Part shown: positions 35,815 to 50,524 of the stretch, in pieces
Position numbering within the stretch: position 1 is the first letter of the stretch
How the letters are laid out: each line of letters opens with the position of its first letter
From: Lingula anatina
Lineage: Eukaryota > Animalia > Brachiopoda
Direction of reading: 5' to 3'
DNA: 64,000 nt
Assembly: GCA_051362555.1 (NCBI GenBank)
Contig: CM120642.1
Coordinates: forward strand, 26,660,001-26,724,000
The notes under the pieces: model-generated
What the model was told of the DNA's origin: nothing
Database searches by the model: none
Seen by the model: only the letters and a program-made list of their open reading frames with translations
Program-made: the position numbers and the translations under genes

Positions 35815-38800
35815 AGACCTAGGTCCAGTAGCTATTTTCAGAAAAAAAGGAGGAAACGCCGAAGCAGATTAAATTTTTATTAGATTCAATTTAATCCAAG
35901 TTGAGTTAAATGAGCCTAAACAAATACACACCTTACTTAACTGTGCAACAGCACAGGATGATTTATTTTGCATCTGCGCTTCAAGGCCCCTCATTCACCG
36001 TTGTGCTGCGGCAAAGCACTCATTGCGTTTTCGTTTTTCCCAGCAACCGCAATGTGGTGACGGCTTCTCTATTGCAATCATAGATAAAACAAGGCAGCAT
36101 CAGCCTCCATATCAGGGCAGTGCAGTGCCTGCCTTCATGCCGGAGTTGACAAAAACATATGAAAGTTTTAGTCCTGACGTAATGAAGCAGAGATTTGTTT
36201 GCAATTCCCAATACAATCTCGGTATCGTCCCCCTTATATATACCGACTAGAGGAACTAACAAGTCATAATCAAGACTTATGTAATTACCTGTTCAGGTAA
36301 TTCCGTTGTGTGTCAGAGTAAACAGACGAAACAATCAAGAAGTAAATCATATATGTGGATCTATTATAAATGAAAACTGTGAAACTCAGAAACTGAGATC
36401 CAATGAAACTATTTTCAGAGATCTCTAGAGTACTGGCTAGTGAACAAAATTGAACAAGAGATTGTAAGAGAATACTTGAGACCTCTGTGGCCAGAGAGTT
36501 TGAAAAATCAGTTTGCAACCCTGGCAAAGGGCAGGATGCTTCGGACAAGGCATTTGTGTGGCGTCTTTCAAATATCATCATTGCTGCATTTAACTGCACA
36601 CTTACTGTGGAGAGGGCAAATGTTTTTCTTTCTCTAAATGGAACAGTATGTTTGCATACAGGCATACAGATGAACTGTTCATGATAAGGGCCTCATACAA
36701 AGATGCAGTTGTGTTTTTTCTTAGATTGGATTTAAAATCTTTTTTTAAGAATCTGATTGACGGTTGCTTTTTTATCCTGCAAGATAAATTTGCAAAAGCC
36801 TAGAAATGCTATTCCATGGATATCTATTTCATAGTAATTTTTTTTTTTAACTCATTTTATCATCTCCTCCCAAATGAAAATCTAGAAAAGCTTAATTGCC
36901 AATTTTAGCTGCTCAATTCACCTTATTGATCGAAGAACGTGTATCCAATACAAACATTTCCCAGAACTTAATTCAGAAACAATGGGCTACCATAAGCCGA
37001 CAACAAGAAAAGCAAATAGACCTGCTATGAAAGCCTTAAAGTTAATGCACGTCCTGTGTGTCTCCCATTATATTCTGACAGGTTACACATTTTAAACCTT
37101 TTGCTCGAAAAACAAGGGTGGCTTATTTTTCTCGATGACCCTGTTAACAGAGCTCCAGCTTTAAGATAATATGATCAGTGCTCACTTCCGTGAGTTTACA
37201 CGGGTCAGCTGAATGTTTTCTTAATGTCAGTTTCTTGAGGGCATAATGATCTTTAAAGACTTGATTGAGCGTTTATCTTCGTATCAGGGAGGGGTTATTT
37301 TCTATTATTTCTAAGCGCGCGTAAGTAGTTGAGTCTTTTCTCTAAGAGAAGGGCCAAAAGGACGTACATGTACTACATATTGGTAAAAACCAGAGGTCAC
37401 GAACGAATGAAGGAGTCAGATCAAAATTTCTTCTTTTCGAATTTTGGTTAAGAAAAATTTAATAAATGTTAGCATAAATGCTTCGACGATATCCTTATTA
37501 ATCGTAGGCACTTCGATATTTTGTAATCAGTATTCCACGGTCAGTGACAAACAGTTTAAAATCAGTTAAAAATTGTGTCAACCTAATTGGAACACTTTGT
37601 TACAGTTAAGTTAAACGGTACCTGCGAAATCTGACTGGTTAGTGCTTAATGGCGTCACCAACCATAAACAGGGACTTAAGCATTTTGAAAAGAAAATATA
37701 GTTAACCTGAATATCTAAGCTCGTCAGATTTTCTTTAGCCATGAAGAGGAGCTTTAAATGTTATGATGTACCCCAGTAAATAAAATGATTGAATGTGTAG
37801 GGCCTAGTCTGCCTAATACTTAATCATTAACGGCATCATCAATGTAGAAAACTGACGTATTTCTGACGTAAATTAATAGAAGTTTGAAGAAGTGGTTATA
37901 ACAGCCATTCCTTTACCTCTCCTGGCCACAGGTACTGGTACGTGTGGAGAGTAGCAGATAAAATTGCATGTAATGAGTTTTTGGAATAATATATTTATTG
38001 TTATTCTTTCAGAAACCCCAATGTGGATGGCGATAAATAAACTCCAAATTTATATTATATAACCTTTTTGTTTAAGCAATAAACACAAGAAGCTGAAAAT
38101 TAAGGGCTATCGTTACTGTTTACATAGTTCAGGACCATGAAAACGGACGTCCACTGTTATTGCGAGGGGAAATTAACTAAAAGAACGATTTTTCAATGTT
38201 TTCTGACAGATGTGGAGGCAGCAGGAAGAGGGTCCTTTATACGTGGGTTTGAAACCCGTGGTCAAATGGTCAATATTGGACGATTATCCTGACCAGATTC
38301 CTAGCTTCTGGTTCTAAGGCATTGGTGTGTGGGAGTAGATAAGGCATGCTACCCGTGGCATGGCTGAGGTCGATAATATTTTTACTGTTATCTAGATATG
38401 ATCTTACGACTGTTTTTTCGGCATAGTTAAGAAAAGCAATGTGTGCCCCAAAAGCGAAATGTCCCAAAGTTTGTTTTCTGCTTTTCTGACGTGTGCACCG
38501 TGAGACGTCTTGTGTGTTAGTCACTACACGTCAACCGTACGTAGAAAGAATGTTTTCCTTTTTGGTATTTTTTATCCGACAAAGTGTGGTTTCAGCTTTG
38601 CCACTGATTTTGATTAATAAAAGCGCAATTGTGTTTTTTCACTTGACTTAAAAGTAAAGATTCGAGATTGATGTGGTTTATTGTATGAAGATGCAGACAT
38701 TTATGCTATTAGAGTGTCATTAAATATACATGGTAATTTGGGTAAAGATCTTTTTTCACGTAACCTAATTCTTAACAGTAGTTCTACGTGTGGGGTGATT

Positions 38801-41800
38801 TTTCTTCTGACGGAGAACTTTGATTATCGGCACCTGAGATAAATGGAAGTGTCTCCAGACAGCGGACTATACAAAGACGATGTCGATAAATGATCAGCCC
38901 TGAAGAGACGTTGGTTAGCAGTCAATAGTTTTGCTTCTTATTTCTAAAGATTTCAAGTTTATCAAGATTACCCCCTTCGTTACTGAATGTGTATATTCCC
39001 CGATACCGTTTCCTACTTCCTCTACTTTTAGTACAGAATTTGGGCAGAATTTTTGCACTTTAAGTTAAGCAGCTTAATGGGTCCTACCTTTTGCCCTTGT
39101 TCAAAAATATAGAAAAGCGTTTTCAGTGATAAAATATATTCTTGATTAATTGAGTTAACTGAGTATCAGAATAAAGAAATCACTTAACAGGTGCACAAAT
39201 ATGTTGGCATTAATTAGCAGGTCTGACGTAATATCATGTGTATCGAACCAAATCAAGATGGTATAGGGCCTCGAACAATTTTAAACAGTAGTGAGACCCA
39301 TGTTACGCAGTGCTTCCAGATTGAAGCCATTCTCATTGCGGTACGCTTGTTGTGATGTCCCCGAATTTTCACTTGAAAACACGTTTTTGTCAAAATGATG
39401 ACCAAAAAATAGACTGGATAACCTTCAACAAGCGGGGCTGCGTTTTTAACGTTTTTAAAGTTATGAAAATGATAAAAAAGGCCTCGAGTATGAAAATTGT
39501 TTTGGTGCAGTAAGAAACTTTTTTTTCAATGTACAAATCCTGAAAGAGGTCACACTGACCTTAAACAACCGAAACCAGCGCCATACCTACTTAGAACACG
39601 TAAAAAGCAGTCTTACATTTCCTTCCAATCCAAACAGCGTAAGCTACTGACAAGAAGCACTTGTAGAATTACTGGAAACTTTTTTGTTTTCTTTCACAAA
39701 ATGATCTATGCTTCAACTGCTGCTTTAAACCTATTTGTACTATGTCAAAACCACGAGGGAGGGATTTGTTAAAAAGTTACAAACATGGTTCAACGTCAAC
39801 CTATACCCTCTGGTTTGACCAGTATTTAAGAAAACAATCCATGCTTGATTTTCAGTTTAGTCTGTTTTATTTCGTTCAATACAATTCTAGTATTTTCAGA
39901 ATAATCAACGAATCTTTGGATACACCGTACTTTTTCTTTCTCCGGTAGACAGAATGATGTTACGTGACGCTCTACCTATTAACTAAAGTGTTTACATTGA
40001 AACATTATAATTCATGAGTTTTATGGGAAGTGGTTAAGCATTAAACACGCATAACCACAAGTGACTATAGGAATATGATATTAGTTTGCACCTTTACACC
40101 CAATTACTATTTCAATACAGAAATCCTTTTATAGAAGAATTCTTTTAAAAGAAAAGAAAACAGGTCATCTCGTAGCAGGTCTAGGGATTATGTTCCAAAA
40201 AGGAGCGAATACACAGCATGATGTTGACTGCCGTTTAAATTGAGAGGTTTACTTTGCCCAAGTGTGTTTTAATTTTATAAGTAAATTGTGCAACGGGGAG
40301 GATAAACCATAAGTGTTTAATCGCCTGTCTTTACACATACAAGCTTTGCGGATCGTACATGTATCTTTCACTCTCTCTCTCTCTCTCTCTCTCTCGGAAA
40401 GAGATTTTTGCTCCCTTGCTAAAAATTTGTCATGTTTACACTTGTTAATTTCCTATCTAATCGCATACATATCTGTTCTTATGTTTTTTTATCGATTTAG
40501 AAAAACATTGACATTACATTGATGACGTTACGTTCTAGTAATTCCGGAGATTTTGTAAAATATCTCAAATTGATCAAATTTTTCTGACGTCCGTTTCAAG
40601 ATTTTTGTGATAATTTAAGACCACTTTGTCCCTTCAATACGATATCCATTGGCTCAAATTATCTTTAACTTGTGCATTCCATCTGATTATAGTTAAAGAA
40701 GGCGGTCACGTTGCCCACGATCTCCTACTCGATCTATAGGCGTGCCCTACCCCCTTTTTGTTAATGGGATCGACACAGATTGATAGCCAGATGAAAATGG
40801 TCTGAAAAGTTACGCTGGACCCAACGTGACATAGCCTTGCCTTAACAAAAACCCAAGTTCAGCAGAACTATTTTTGCCTGGTCAGAAAGTCAAAAAGTTC
40901 TCCTGAGAAGTCACTTGCTGGGACAAGAATTATTGAAAAAGATAATTGTTCTAACAAGCTTTTGTTTAAAGCAAAGGTTGAAACCGTGGGTTTTGTGGTG
41001 CGCCACAGGAACCGGTTTTCTACCACTTGTCCTGGGATTTTGTTAACCATATTTTGGAAGTTCAAGCTTTATTTCCGGATAGTTAAGGTAATGAATCCAT
41101 AAATCAAAGAGATGTTCGTTTGTTTGTTGTGTTTTTTGATAGTTTGTGTCGAAAGAAGAGACAGGCCTAACAGACGAAGTTTTTAAGTCTCAGGCGTGTG
41201 TCCCTTCGAGCTTAGCCTCTTTCACGTGCTTGTGGCTCATGCTGAAATTGAGAAGAGAGCTTATGTTTTGCCTAATAAAAAATAAACACTTAATGATACT
41301 TTTATTTTTCATGATATTTCCTTTGTGAAGAGATTAATCATGATTTGATGATTTTATTTCTTTGATATTGTAATATTTCCTTTATACAAATTTTCCAATT
41401 CAAAATAAATAAATGAATAAATAATGTCTAATGTCAACATGAAGATCAAAAAACCTGATTTTCATAACATGTCAAAGTTCAACATTTTGCATTTCAAAAT
41501 AAATAAATGAAACCTAAAGTCAGCATTTAGAGCAATACATATGAATTTCATAACATGTCAAAGCTCAGCCGAAATCAGTCTTGCCATGCTATATTCTAAC
41601 CGCTCTGGAACCGCGTGTAGGAGAACCCACGTGTTCAACTATGACGCTGAATAGTCCTGACAGTTATACACGATGACTTAATTTCCGCAATAAAATATCG
41701 ACGCTGATATTTTAATTCCCACCCCGTCACACCTTGGCATAGAATAAAAGTCGAGAAAGTCAGGTCAGATTTTGAGAAACCCTGCTGACGAAGGCATTGA

Positions 41801-41839
41801 AAAGCACGGTATACTTAGGATACTAAGGAAGAAAAGAAG

Positions 41840-41950
41840 ATGGGACGTATTTTGATACTATTACTTTTTGCTGCCCTTATACAGAACGTCGGTACACAAA
41901 GACACATGGGTATAGACAAGCATTCTGATGAGTATAGGGCCCACCATTCG
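41840..41950 (+). CDS. Signal-peptide first exon B (MGRILILLLFAALIQNVGT-QRHMGIDKHSDEYRAHHS)
   Basis: AAGATGG start context, hydrophobic core, VGT/Q cleavage site, phase-0 donor TCG|GTAAGA; AATAAAAG about 95 bp upstream. Confidence 0.72.
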
Positions 41951-42976
41951 GTAAGAGTTTCCCAAAATTTTCTTCTTTTCATTCAGACATACCCCAGGCA
42001 CTCAAAGATACTGCATATCGCTTTTTTGAAATATCTTATTAAAAATGAGTTTTATCTGTATATTGGATTATAAAACATTTGACTGAAGAAGTATTTTTGC
42101 ATTAACAATAACAGTAGGAAGATGTTTGGTTTTAAGAAAATGAAGATAGTAAAATATCGAATTATTCTAGAATAGGGTTATTTTTGATTAAATATAGAAA
42201 CGCTGGCCACAGTTTATACAGATTGATTTTGGTTACATTGTTTTTGTTATGGCAAGGAGTCGAGTTTTGTAGTTGAAAAATGATTAAATTTGTAATCCTT
42301 AAAAGCATACAAAGTGCAAAAGTTGTAAAAAGGGAGTGTTGCCAATTCGACTTCTTGATTAATACTTGTAATGGATAGACGATGAAATTCGCCCAGACCG
42401 AACACTTTTCGAAAATGAATCTAGAAACTGCGTCTAGATTAGCGTTTTCCATTGATGCAAAAAAAAAAAGGTAAAATAGACCTTGGGTATTAAAAGAAAC
42501 GGTCGTAGCGAAGATGCGATTTTAGCCCGCTTAACTAAGTGGGCAAGGGCTTAACTTCGAAGTATCGCCTCCACTTCACCTGTAGTAACAGTAAGAAGGA
42601 AAAAAACAAAGGTTAGCCGTTGATTTGGACTTCAACATTTCACAGTTTTCAGGTTAAGGTTTTGTCAGTGCAAAGGTAAAAGACTATATGTGAAAAAAAT
42701 TCTCCTTATGCTAAAATTACTTCAACTCATGTCCGTGTACAAAAATACGTATAATTCCTCAGAAACTTGAAAGAGACCTTATGAAAATATTTGATCGTTT
42801 TTTTCCTTCTGCGCAGGAAAGCCTTTTTACGCATAGTAGGCTTGTTCAAAGGTCTGTTCATTCTCCTTTGTATTTCAAACAGAGAGAGAAAAAGTATAAT
42901 CAAGTGATTTCAGTTATCTTCCCATGGTGATAGAATTGATGGGTAGATGGATAAATAGATTGATAGTAAGAGGGTG

Positions 42977-42977
<1 letters not shown>

Positions 42978-43011
<34 letters not shown>

Positions 43012-43031
43012 CAAATAGATAGATAGATAGA
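42978..43031. repeat. (GATA)n microsatellite
   Basis: Direct reading of the sequence. Confidence 0.9.
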
Positions 43032-43298
43032 CTGTAATCAATTTACTTGTTCAAAATACATGTACAATCGAGATGACATTCTAGTGTGTAATTTCTATTG
43101 TATTATCCCCTTTTCTGCCCTTTTGTGTAGCACGTAGGTGGCATAGCATTCCATTTCATCACATAAGACAGTGGTCTGTAGCAGCAATAAGGGGGTCCCC
43201 CTGGGCATAAACCTGAAGACCCTGGGGTACCCAGATATCAGAATCTCCCCTAAGCTTCTTCCAAAGGAAAGCAAAGCGGTAAATGTGGCACTGAAATT

Positions 43299-43466
43299 CA
43301 GGGGCGGATTTAGGCCGTCTTCTGGGTCTTCCGGAAGACGGTCAGATTTTCAAGTTTACATTGTCGGGCATCTAATATTTTCTGTCGGAAGACGGTCAAA
43401 AATGGAGGATGGATCAACAAAGATAATTTGGAAGACTGTCAGAAAATATATCTGGATCCGCCCCTG
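43299..43466. mobile_element. hAT-like MITE
   Basis: TIR CAGGGGCGGAT(T/C)(T/C)AG at both ends; internal GGAAGAC repeats; TSD only partly preserved. Confidence 0.7.
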
Positions 43467-46278
43467 CTGATGAAAGCTAAGCCTTTGCCTACTGCTGGCT
43501 CACTGTTGTTAAACCGTTTTAAGACAGGCGCTCTACAGACAGCTAGTTCTCACAAAAGGAGGGGAGAAATTCCCCGGGGCCAGAAGGAACTAACCTTTCT
43601 ACAGTAGAGGAGAAAATTGAAGTATAGGAAATATGCTCTATATTTGAACCAATTTATTATCTCCCAAAACTTTGCTGATTTTGAATGTTCCAAAGCAGTG
43701 TAGTATGGGGACACGCCCTTGCCCACTCTGTCTAAATCTGTGTATATAGCCTATAATATATATGGCGTTAGATCTCCCCCAGGTTTGAACCAAAAAATGT
43801 CACCCCTGATGGCATCGAAACTGTCAGCCCAAGGTATACTAGTAACTGGAGGGAGAAAAGCAAACAGGTTCTTTTTATCAACTTTTATTACGTGTCCTCC
43901 GCGTGATTTTTTCGTCGTTCTTTTCTTTTTCTTTTTTATGCTCTATAAACTTATGGAGATCTATCTATCTATCTGTCTATGTGTTGTATTTACCTCTGCT
44001 ACAGCCAAAGAAAACTTTTCATCAGCATTACAAATAAATTCGAAAAAAAACCCCAAAACTTACTTCAATCGATTTCTTTCGTCAGCTACAATAATCAAAG
44101 CGTAGGGACATGAAGCAATGCGCATATCAAACATTCCAAATTGCCATATTATCAAAATTTGACCACATATCAATTAAGCCCAAAACTTGTTTGTTTTCTC
44201 GTCTAGCCCTCCCGGCATCTCCTTAATTAGCAGGCGAATTAAATATATACACAGACATACACACAAACGCCCACAAAAAAGTACTATTACATCACAGGAA
44301 ATTCAATTGAAGTTAAACAAAGTCTCGGTTACCTTTTCAAGATGGATCAGTTTTACGTTAATGCGAAACTCACATTCAATGGAATTTTTTTCTTTTTTGA
44401 CATCGTGTTAAGATATTCCTCGAGACAATCTGCTGAAGAGTTGACAGAGGAGAGCAACGCAAGCTGCAATAAAATTCAATTTGTAAACATTCTAGTAATT
44501 GGGTAAGTCGTAAAAACCGACCCAAAATCAGCGAAACAGCATTCGCCCGCCCAAGACAGGAAAAAAGAACCAGCACTTGGCATATTTATGGGATAGGTTG
44601 ATTGTATCGATGGAATGAAACTAGTTTGGGTTATTAAAAAAACGGCAGCTTGCATCTGACGTTTTCCAGTTTTAATTGAATAATCGTACAAACACGCATC
44701 CTCAAATTTCTGGAGGTTATCGTAAGAACTTTAACGACATTTCCCAGCGGTTTTAAACACTGTGTTTATCGGTTTGATAATTTAAACTGCAACCTCTGTA
44801 CAATTGAAATAGTTTTATAATTTATGATAGCAAAAACAAGCTAGCGCTGTTTTTTCCCTTTTTTTCCCTTTTTTAACTAAGATGAATGCAATTGCATATA
44901 AGTTATCGGAAATGTTAAACGCAGAGCACGCGACAGGTTGTCACGACAACCGTCAATCATGATGGTAGCCAGCGGTTACGCTCTTTAACTACAGGTCTCG
45001 TTACACTTCACAGTGACTTCTCTAATTGTAACATGGATGAAAAATAAAACCTAGAAGGCTGATATTTAAAAAAACACGTACACTAACAGGTGGTCTCCGA
45101 TGACAGCAGCGATGTAAAAGTCATTTTTGCACCTGGGTTCATTCAATCTTGCGCAATGCTTGCTCCCTGGAAAGGTGTCTGTATCAACTGGCATTTATCA
45201 TATATTTTTTAGAACGATCGGTTATTCTCCGCTTTACGTGACACTTGGTTGAGAAAAATTCGAGTAGGCACAATACCGTGATCGAAAGGGAATTTATATT
45301 TTCTGGGAATAAGCGCGTCACCCTTTATACCAACATGGCGTATGATCCTAGGCGGTATTTAAAAAAATCTTTGAAACTGGTCAACTGAAATGAAACTGCA
45401 TTCAGGTATATTTATGTATAATCGTACATCCCCAGCCCTCCATTGATAAAATAGTACCGGAGACCTAACCATTAAAAAAGAGTCACCTTTTGTTGGTATG
45501 CAGGGAAGGATCAGCACTAGTCTAATACCACCTTTCCCTCGACTCTATCGCAATGTAGTAGCGATACTTTTTCTCCTTTGTCAATCACAAACAAGGAATT
45601 CATTTGTAATGATTATAAAAAGATATTGGTATAATTGGTAAATATATTGAAAAAGAGGTGTTTATTTGTGTGATGCAGTTAGTCCTGCACTGCAAATCTT
45701 AATTGTTCCAAATGGAGATTATGTTTATGAAATCAAAGGGACTCGTTGAAAAGTATCACGTATCTATGACTGTAGATATCGCATTATTGTTTGAACTCCA
45801 GTTTTTGCAGGAAAGAATTTCCTTCGTTGTGGGAGGTTAAGAATAGTGTGTAACTTGTTTTATTTTTCTTACTTAAAGCACTTGGGCGTGCAACATTATA
45901 ATGACTAACACGACTATAAAAGGGGGTCATACATGACGAATTGAGACTCGCGGCGAATGCTGATTTAACAGAAAATTGTAATTGTATCATTTTTACAATT
46001 ACCAATTTAGGATAAAGGGGATATTATAAATTTAAGAGTTTAGCCAGTTAAAGTAAAAACGTATTGGTGGTCAGTGAATAACCTGTGTAACATTGAGACG
46101 GATGACTTATTGGTAATCAGTGACCCTCGGTCATCTGAATCAGACAAAAAGTTTAAGCCGACAGTTGGCTGTGCCTGCTTAAGTCGTCAGTTTTAGGCCT
46201 CTGCACACGTGATAGTTAGCTTGGTGTTGACTGGTAGGGTGTAACGATGTCAAATTCTACTACTACTACTACTACCAT

Positions 46279-46319
46279 TAATAATAATAATAATAATGAT
46301 AATAATAATAATAATAATA

Positions 46320-46357
<38 letters not shown>
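46279..46357. repeat. (AAT)n(ATT)n inverted microsatellite
   Basis: Direct reading; self-complementary around 46320. Confidence 0.95.
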
Positions 46358-46358
<1 letters not shown>

Positions 46359-47844
46359 AAAATACTGCAGTTTGCAGCTGTTAAAATGTCATGTCTGCAG
46401 TCAAGAGGCTTTTGCACTAAGCTGCATAAGTGCAACAAAAGGTGTTTTCCCAGTGAAAATATGTTCTCACTAGTTGGATATGACACCTACAATTTTTATG
46501 GGGTAACTTGATGGCCACTCCCCTACCGCCCCGAATGCTACCCCTTCACAAAAAAGGTGCAAAATAGTGACAATCACTACATTCATATGTAAGCTATAAT
46601 TAAAAAGAAACAGGGTAACGTCGTCGCGAGTGTGGTATTCTCTTTTTTTTAAACAGGCACAGATTTTTTTTATAACACGCCAAATCCAAACATCTTCTCC
46701 GGTTAAGCCTACTTCCAGACATTCAAATTAAAGACACATGTAATATACTCATTTACGGTCAATCTTTAGCATCCGTCGTTGTTTTATATGTCCGATGGCA
46801 TATTCCTCCATTAAGGGTAACAGAGTGCAATTTTCAAGTCATATATATATCGCCATCCTGAGCAACACAAGCTGGGTCGTTTTTTATTAAGGCAACATGA
46901 GACGCCCACGATTTTTATTAAGTTAATTCAAACGGACATCAGAATGTGCGTGCGTGCGTTTGAGGGGTGGAGGAGGGGGAGGGGGAGAGGGAAGGAGTGC
47001 TGGAAATCTTATGAGTGTATCAATACTTAAAACAGGAAATATTTCGCGTAAGAAAGTTTCCCTTTAAGATGTGACTGCATTGTTTTTGCTGTTCTCCTCA
47101 TTGCAAGATTCAGCCATTGTTTTCCACTACCCATGTGCGCGGAAGAGTGTTGAAACTGTAACGTTTCTTGTCATCGCTACCACAACTACCGGGATTTAGT
47201 GTTTATATGGACTACTTTCTTATAACCTCCATTATGAACTTGTAAGGTTACGTTTCTATTTGGACGTGTGTGCGGAGGAATGTTAACAGGGCTTGTCACC
47301 AGCCACACGCTTACAAAGTCTTTAATTTGACTACAAAGCATCTGGAAAATAACACCCAAGATGAATGCAACAATGAAAATACTTACTATGTCTTATTATG
47401 TAATCAGACGCATTTCTTCACTTATAATTGTTTACTTTTCTTATACTAGTCATCGCTACAGTGCCAGTCAGCTTTTATGCCGCTAACAACAACAGGGTCC
47501 GTGTTTTGAACTTTTTTTCGTAGATCAGAGTACTGGCTTCCGTCAAGTATCCATGCCTTCCAGATGTGTCCTCACCATGTCAAAGCTTTTACTTGTCGTG
47601 TTCGTCACAGGCGGTGTGTCCCTATGAATGCTCAGACGCACGTCGTAGTCACCTCACTAAAAATTATCAGGACTGATCTTTTTTCCAACTGCAAAATGAA
47701 TTTGGATATCCGATAAAATTGTTATTTGAACCCGTCCGCCAGCCTTTCACGCGGCGATTTGATAGCTGACGGGAAGATCTAGGTAGCATGCCCCATCCCA
47801 CGCCCGTGATGAGTGTCATCTTCTCCTCCCTAAAGTAGGCTTCT

Positions 47845-49482
47845 TATGGAAGCGTGTAAGGGTCACAACACCAACACCAAAAAGAAAGCTCACAACACCA
47901 ACACCAAAAAGAAGACTCACAACACCAACACCAAAAAGAAAGCTCACAACACCAACACCAAAAAGAAAACTCACAACACCAACACCAAAAACAAAACTCA
48001 CAACACCAACACCAACACCAAAAAGAAAACTCACAACACCAACACCAAAAACAAAGCTCACAACACCAACACCAAAAAGAAAACTCACAACACCAAACAA
48101 AGAGCGTTTTAAACAAACCTGAGTATCATGTAAACCGTATAATGTCTGCACTATATGACCACTCACACTTGACCCACTTCAATGGCCATTAAAGAATAAT
48201 CAATCAATTGTCAAGCCTACACATAAAAGAGTAGAGGCAGTTCCAACCCTTCAAGATGTTAATTTTGTGTCTTACTTTTTAACACAATAAAGCTTAATTG
48301 AGATTTCGTATTCAGCTGTGCGGCTGTTGAGGCACAGTGTTTATAAAAATAAAGCTCGATCACCAGTAATGTAAGGTGTGGTCCTTGTAGAAATAATAAC
48401 GTAACGTAGAACAAAGTAAGAGTCAAGTGTCAATTTCTGAATCTATTTCTACATATCAATCAATCCCAGCTACATTTGAGGATCGCCAATTATTCAAAAA
48501 TCATGTTTTACTTATAGTTCTGTCGAAGAACGCTGATTATGTGATATTCAGGCATCAGCCTCAACTACCGAAGTTGATAAACATGACTTAAACGATTTAA
48601 CATTCAGAAGTGAGGTACGTGTGACTTCTGGATGTTAAGCCCGAGAAGTGTCTCGAAGTTAATTAGCTTGCAATGGTTTAAGGTCCTTTGATTGAAGAAC
48701 CATATATTCTAACATATTTTAGTTTAAAGGGAAAAACTAAAATAAGATAGAAAATATAGTTACTTTGGTTGCTTTGGCAACAACAAGCACGGGGAGCATT
48801 TTAAACACAGAGGCTAGTAGCAATCTTGAGAATCATATGTATTATGTTTGCACCAGGTTACTATTCCATCTTGACCGACTTCAGTAGTCATTGAAGAACA
48901 ATCAATCACTTGTCAAGGTTGCATATTAAAGAGTAGTGGCAATTCCAACCCTTCTAGAGAAAATGGTCTATTTTAATCTTAATTAGATCATCTAAGATTT
49001 TTTCACAAAAGCAGGATAGACAGCCGTGCCAAGCAGTCAAAGTAACCATATTTTCTATCCTATTTTAGTTTTTACCTCCAAACCAAAATATGGGAGAAAA
49101 TATGGTTGTTCAATCAAAGGGCCTTAAACTTCACAATTGATTGTTCTTTAATGGCCACTGAAGTGGGTCAAGTAGAGTGGTTATCTAATGCAGACATGAT
49201 ACTCGGGTTTGTTTAAAGTGAAGTTTATTTTTGGTGTTGGTGTTGTGAGTTTTGTTTTTGGTGTTGGTGTTGTGAAGTTTGTTTTTGGTGTTGGTGTTGT
49301 GAGTTTTGTTTTTGGTGTTGGTGTTGTGAGCTTTGTTTTTGATGTTGGTGTTGTGAGTTTTCTTTTTGGAGTTGGTGTTGTGAGCTTTGTTTTTGGTGTT
49401 GGTGTTGTGAAGTTTGTTTTTGGTGTTGGTGTTGTGAAGTTTGTTTTTGGTGTTGGTGTTGTGACCCTTACACGCTTCCATA
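47845..49482. mobile_element. Foldback-like element with long inverted arms containing 27-bp tandem repeats
   Basis: TATGGAAGCGTGTAAGGGT...ACCCTTACACGCTTCCATA termini. GCTTCT duplicated at 47839-47844 and 49483-49488. About 8-9 copies of CACAACACCAACACCAAAAA(G/C)AAA.CT in each arm. Confidence 0.85.
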
Positions 49483-49738
49483 GCTTCTACATGTATGTGT
49501 GTTCTTTTAAGAATGAAACAACAAAGCCAAACACACTGGCAAAACTTGGGATGTTTTTAGTTGTTTATAACCTTTCTATACTATCAAAAGAGAATATAAA
49601 CATTTACTATCGTTTTTATGAAGCGATGACCGTACTCTGATTTCAGAGTGGACGTACTGGGATTACAGTATAGACGCAATCAGGATAGAAAATAGAAAGA
49701 GCATACGCGCATACGTGTACGTACAATCATGCACGCAT

Positions 49739-49769
<31 letters not shown>

Positions 49770-50524
49770 CACATACACACACACAAAAGCACACCTCAAG
49801 AAAACAAAAGGAAGTGCACTGCGTTTTCATTCTAAAGGCGGGTCGAGCAGGATTGAAGACAACGGCAGCCCCCCCTTAAATCCTGAATCTCTTCTTATCA
49901 CTCTCAGTAGAAACTTGGGGACCGCGCTGGCAGAGACATGTTACAGAGTGCGTTTTAAGAAAGTGCTATCAAAAACCGCTGTATGTTTTAGAAGCCTAGC
50001 GCAATTACTGCGACAGCAGCGATAAAAAGGCAAAAAATTACTTCGTTTGTTTATTTAACCTACGATCCAGCCTTGACACAGGAGTAATTTTAATTTCACC
50101 CGCCTTGACGTGTCTTTACTCCCCGGGACCCCCGAAAACATATATGGACCTTAATCAATTTTACCAAAATATGAGATGCATTTCTTTCCCTGAGAAGTTT
50201 AAATTTTCGGTCTTATTTATTGCAACGCAACTTCAAGTCAAGTTGAATAGGAAGCCAAAGGTGAAAAGTCTTCTTTGGTGTTAAAAAACAGTTTCCACGA
50301 CCATTGCCAGGGGGGTTGACCGCTCGCATGGGAAATATGCCTGTGTGTTTCCCATTTAGACTTTGATAACTTACTGACTGGATGTCTTTGTAACACAATC
50401 ACTGAGACACCCGGTTGAGCTCTGCCGCTAACCTGTGCATAAAACCTGAGCGCTTGTGGCGGACCGGTCTATCTGTAGGCGTGAGCGATCGGAGTCCGCG
50501 CGGTGCGTTTGGTGAGTCGAGAAG

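Noticed and set aside
37993-38083. Acceptor plus short terminal exon (KPQCGWR*) with AATAAA as a private end for exon A
   Set aside because: Such matches are common by chance in AT-rich DNA; kept only as the alternative hypothesis to test.
47816-49640. HNTNTKKK / FGVGVVS / CWCCE repeat ORFs
   Set aside because: Translations of the 27-bp arrays in the foldback element arms, open in several frames simply because the unit lacks stops.
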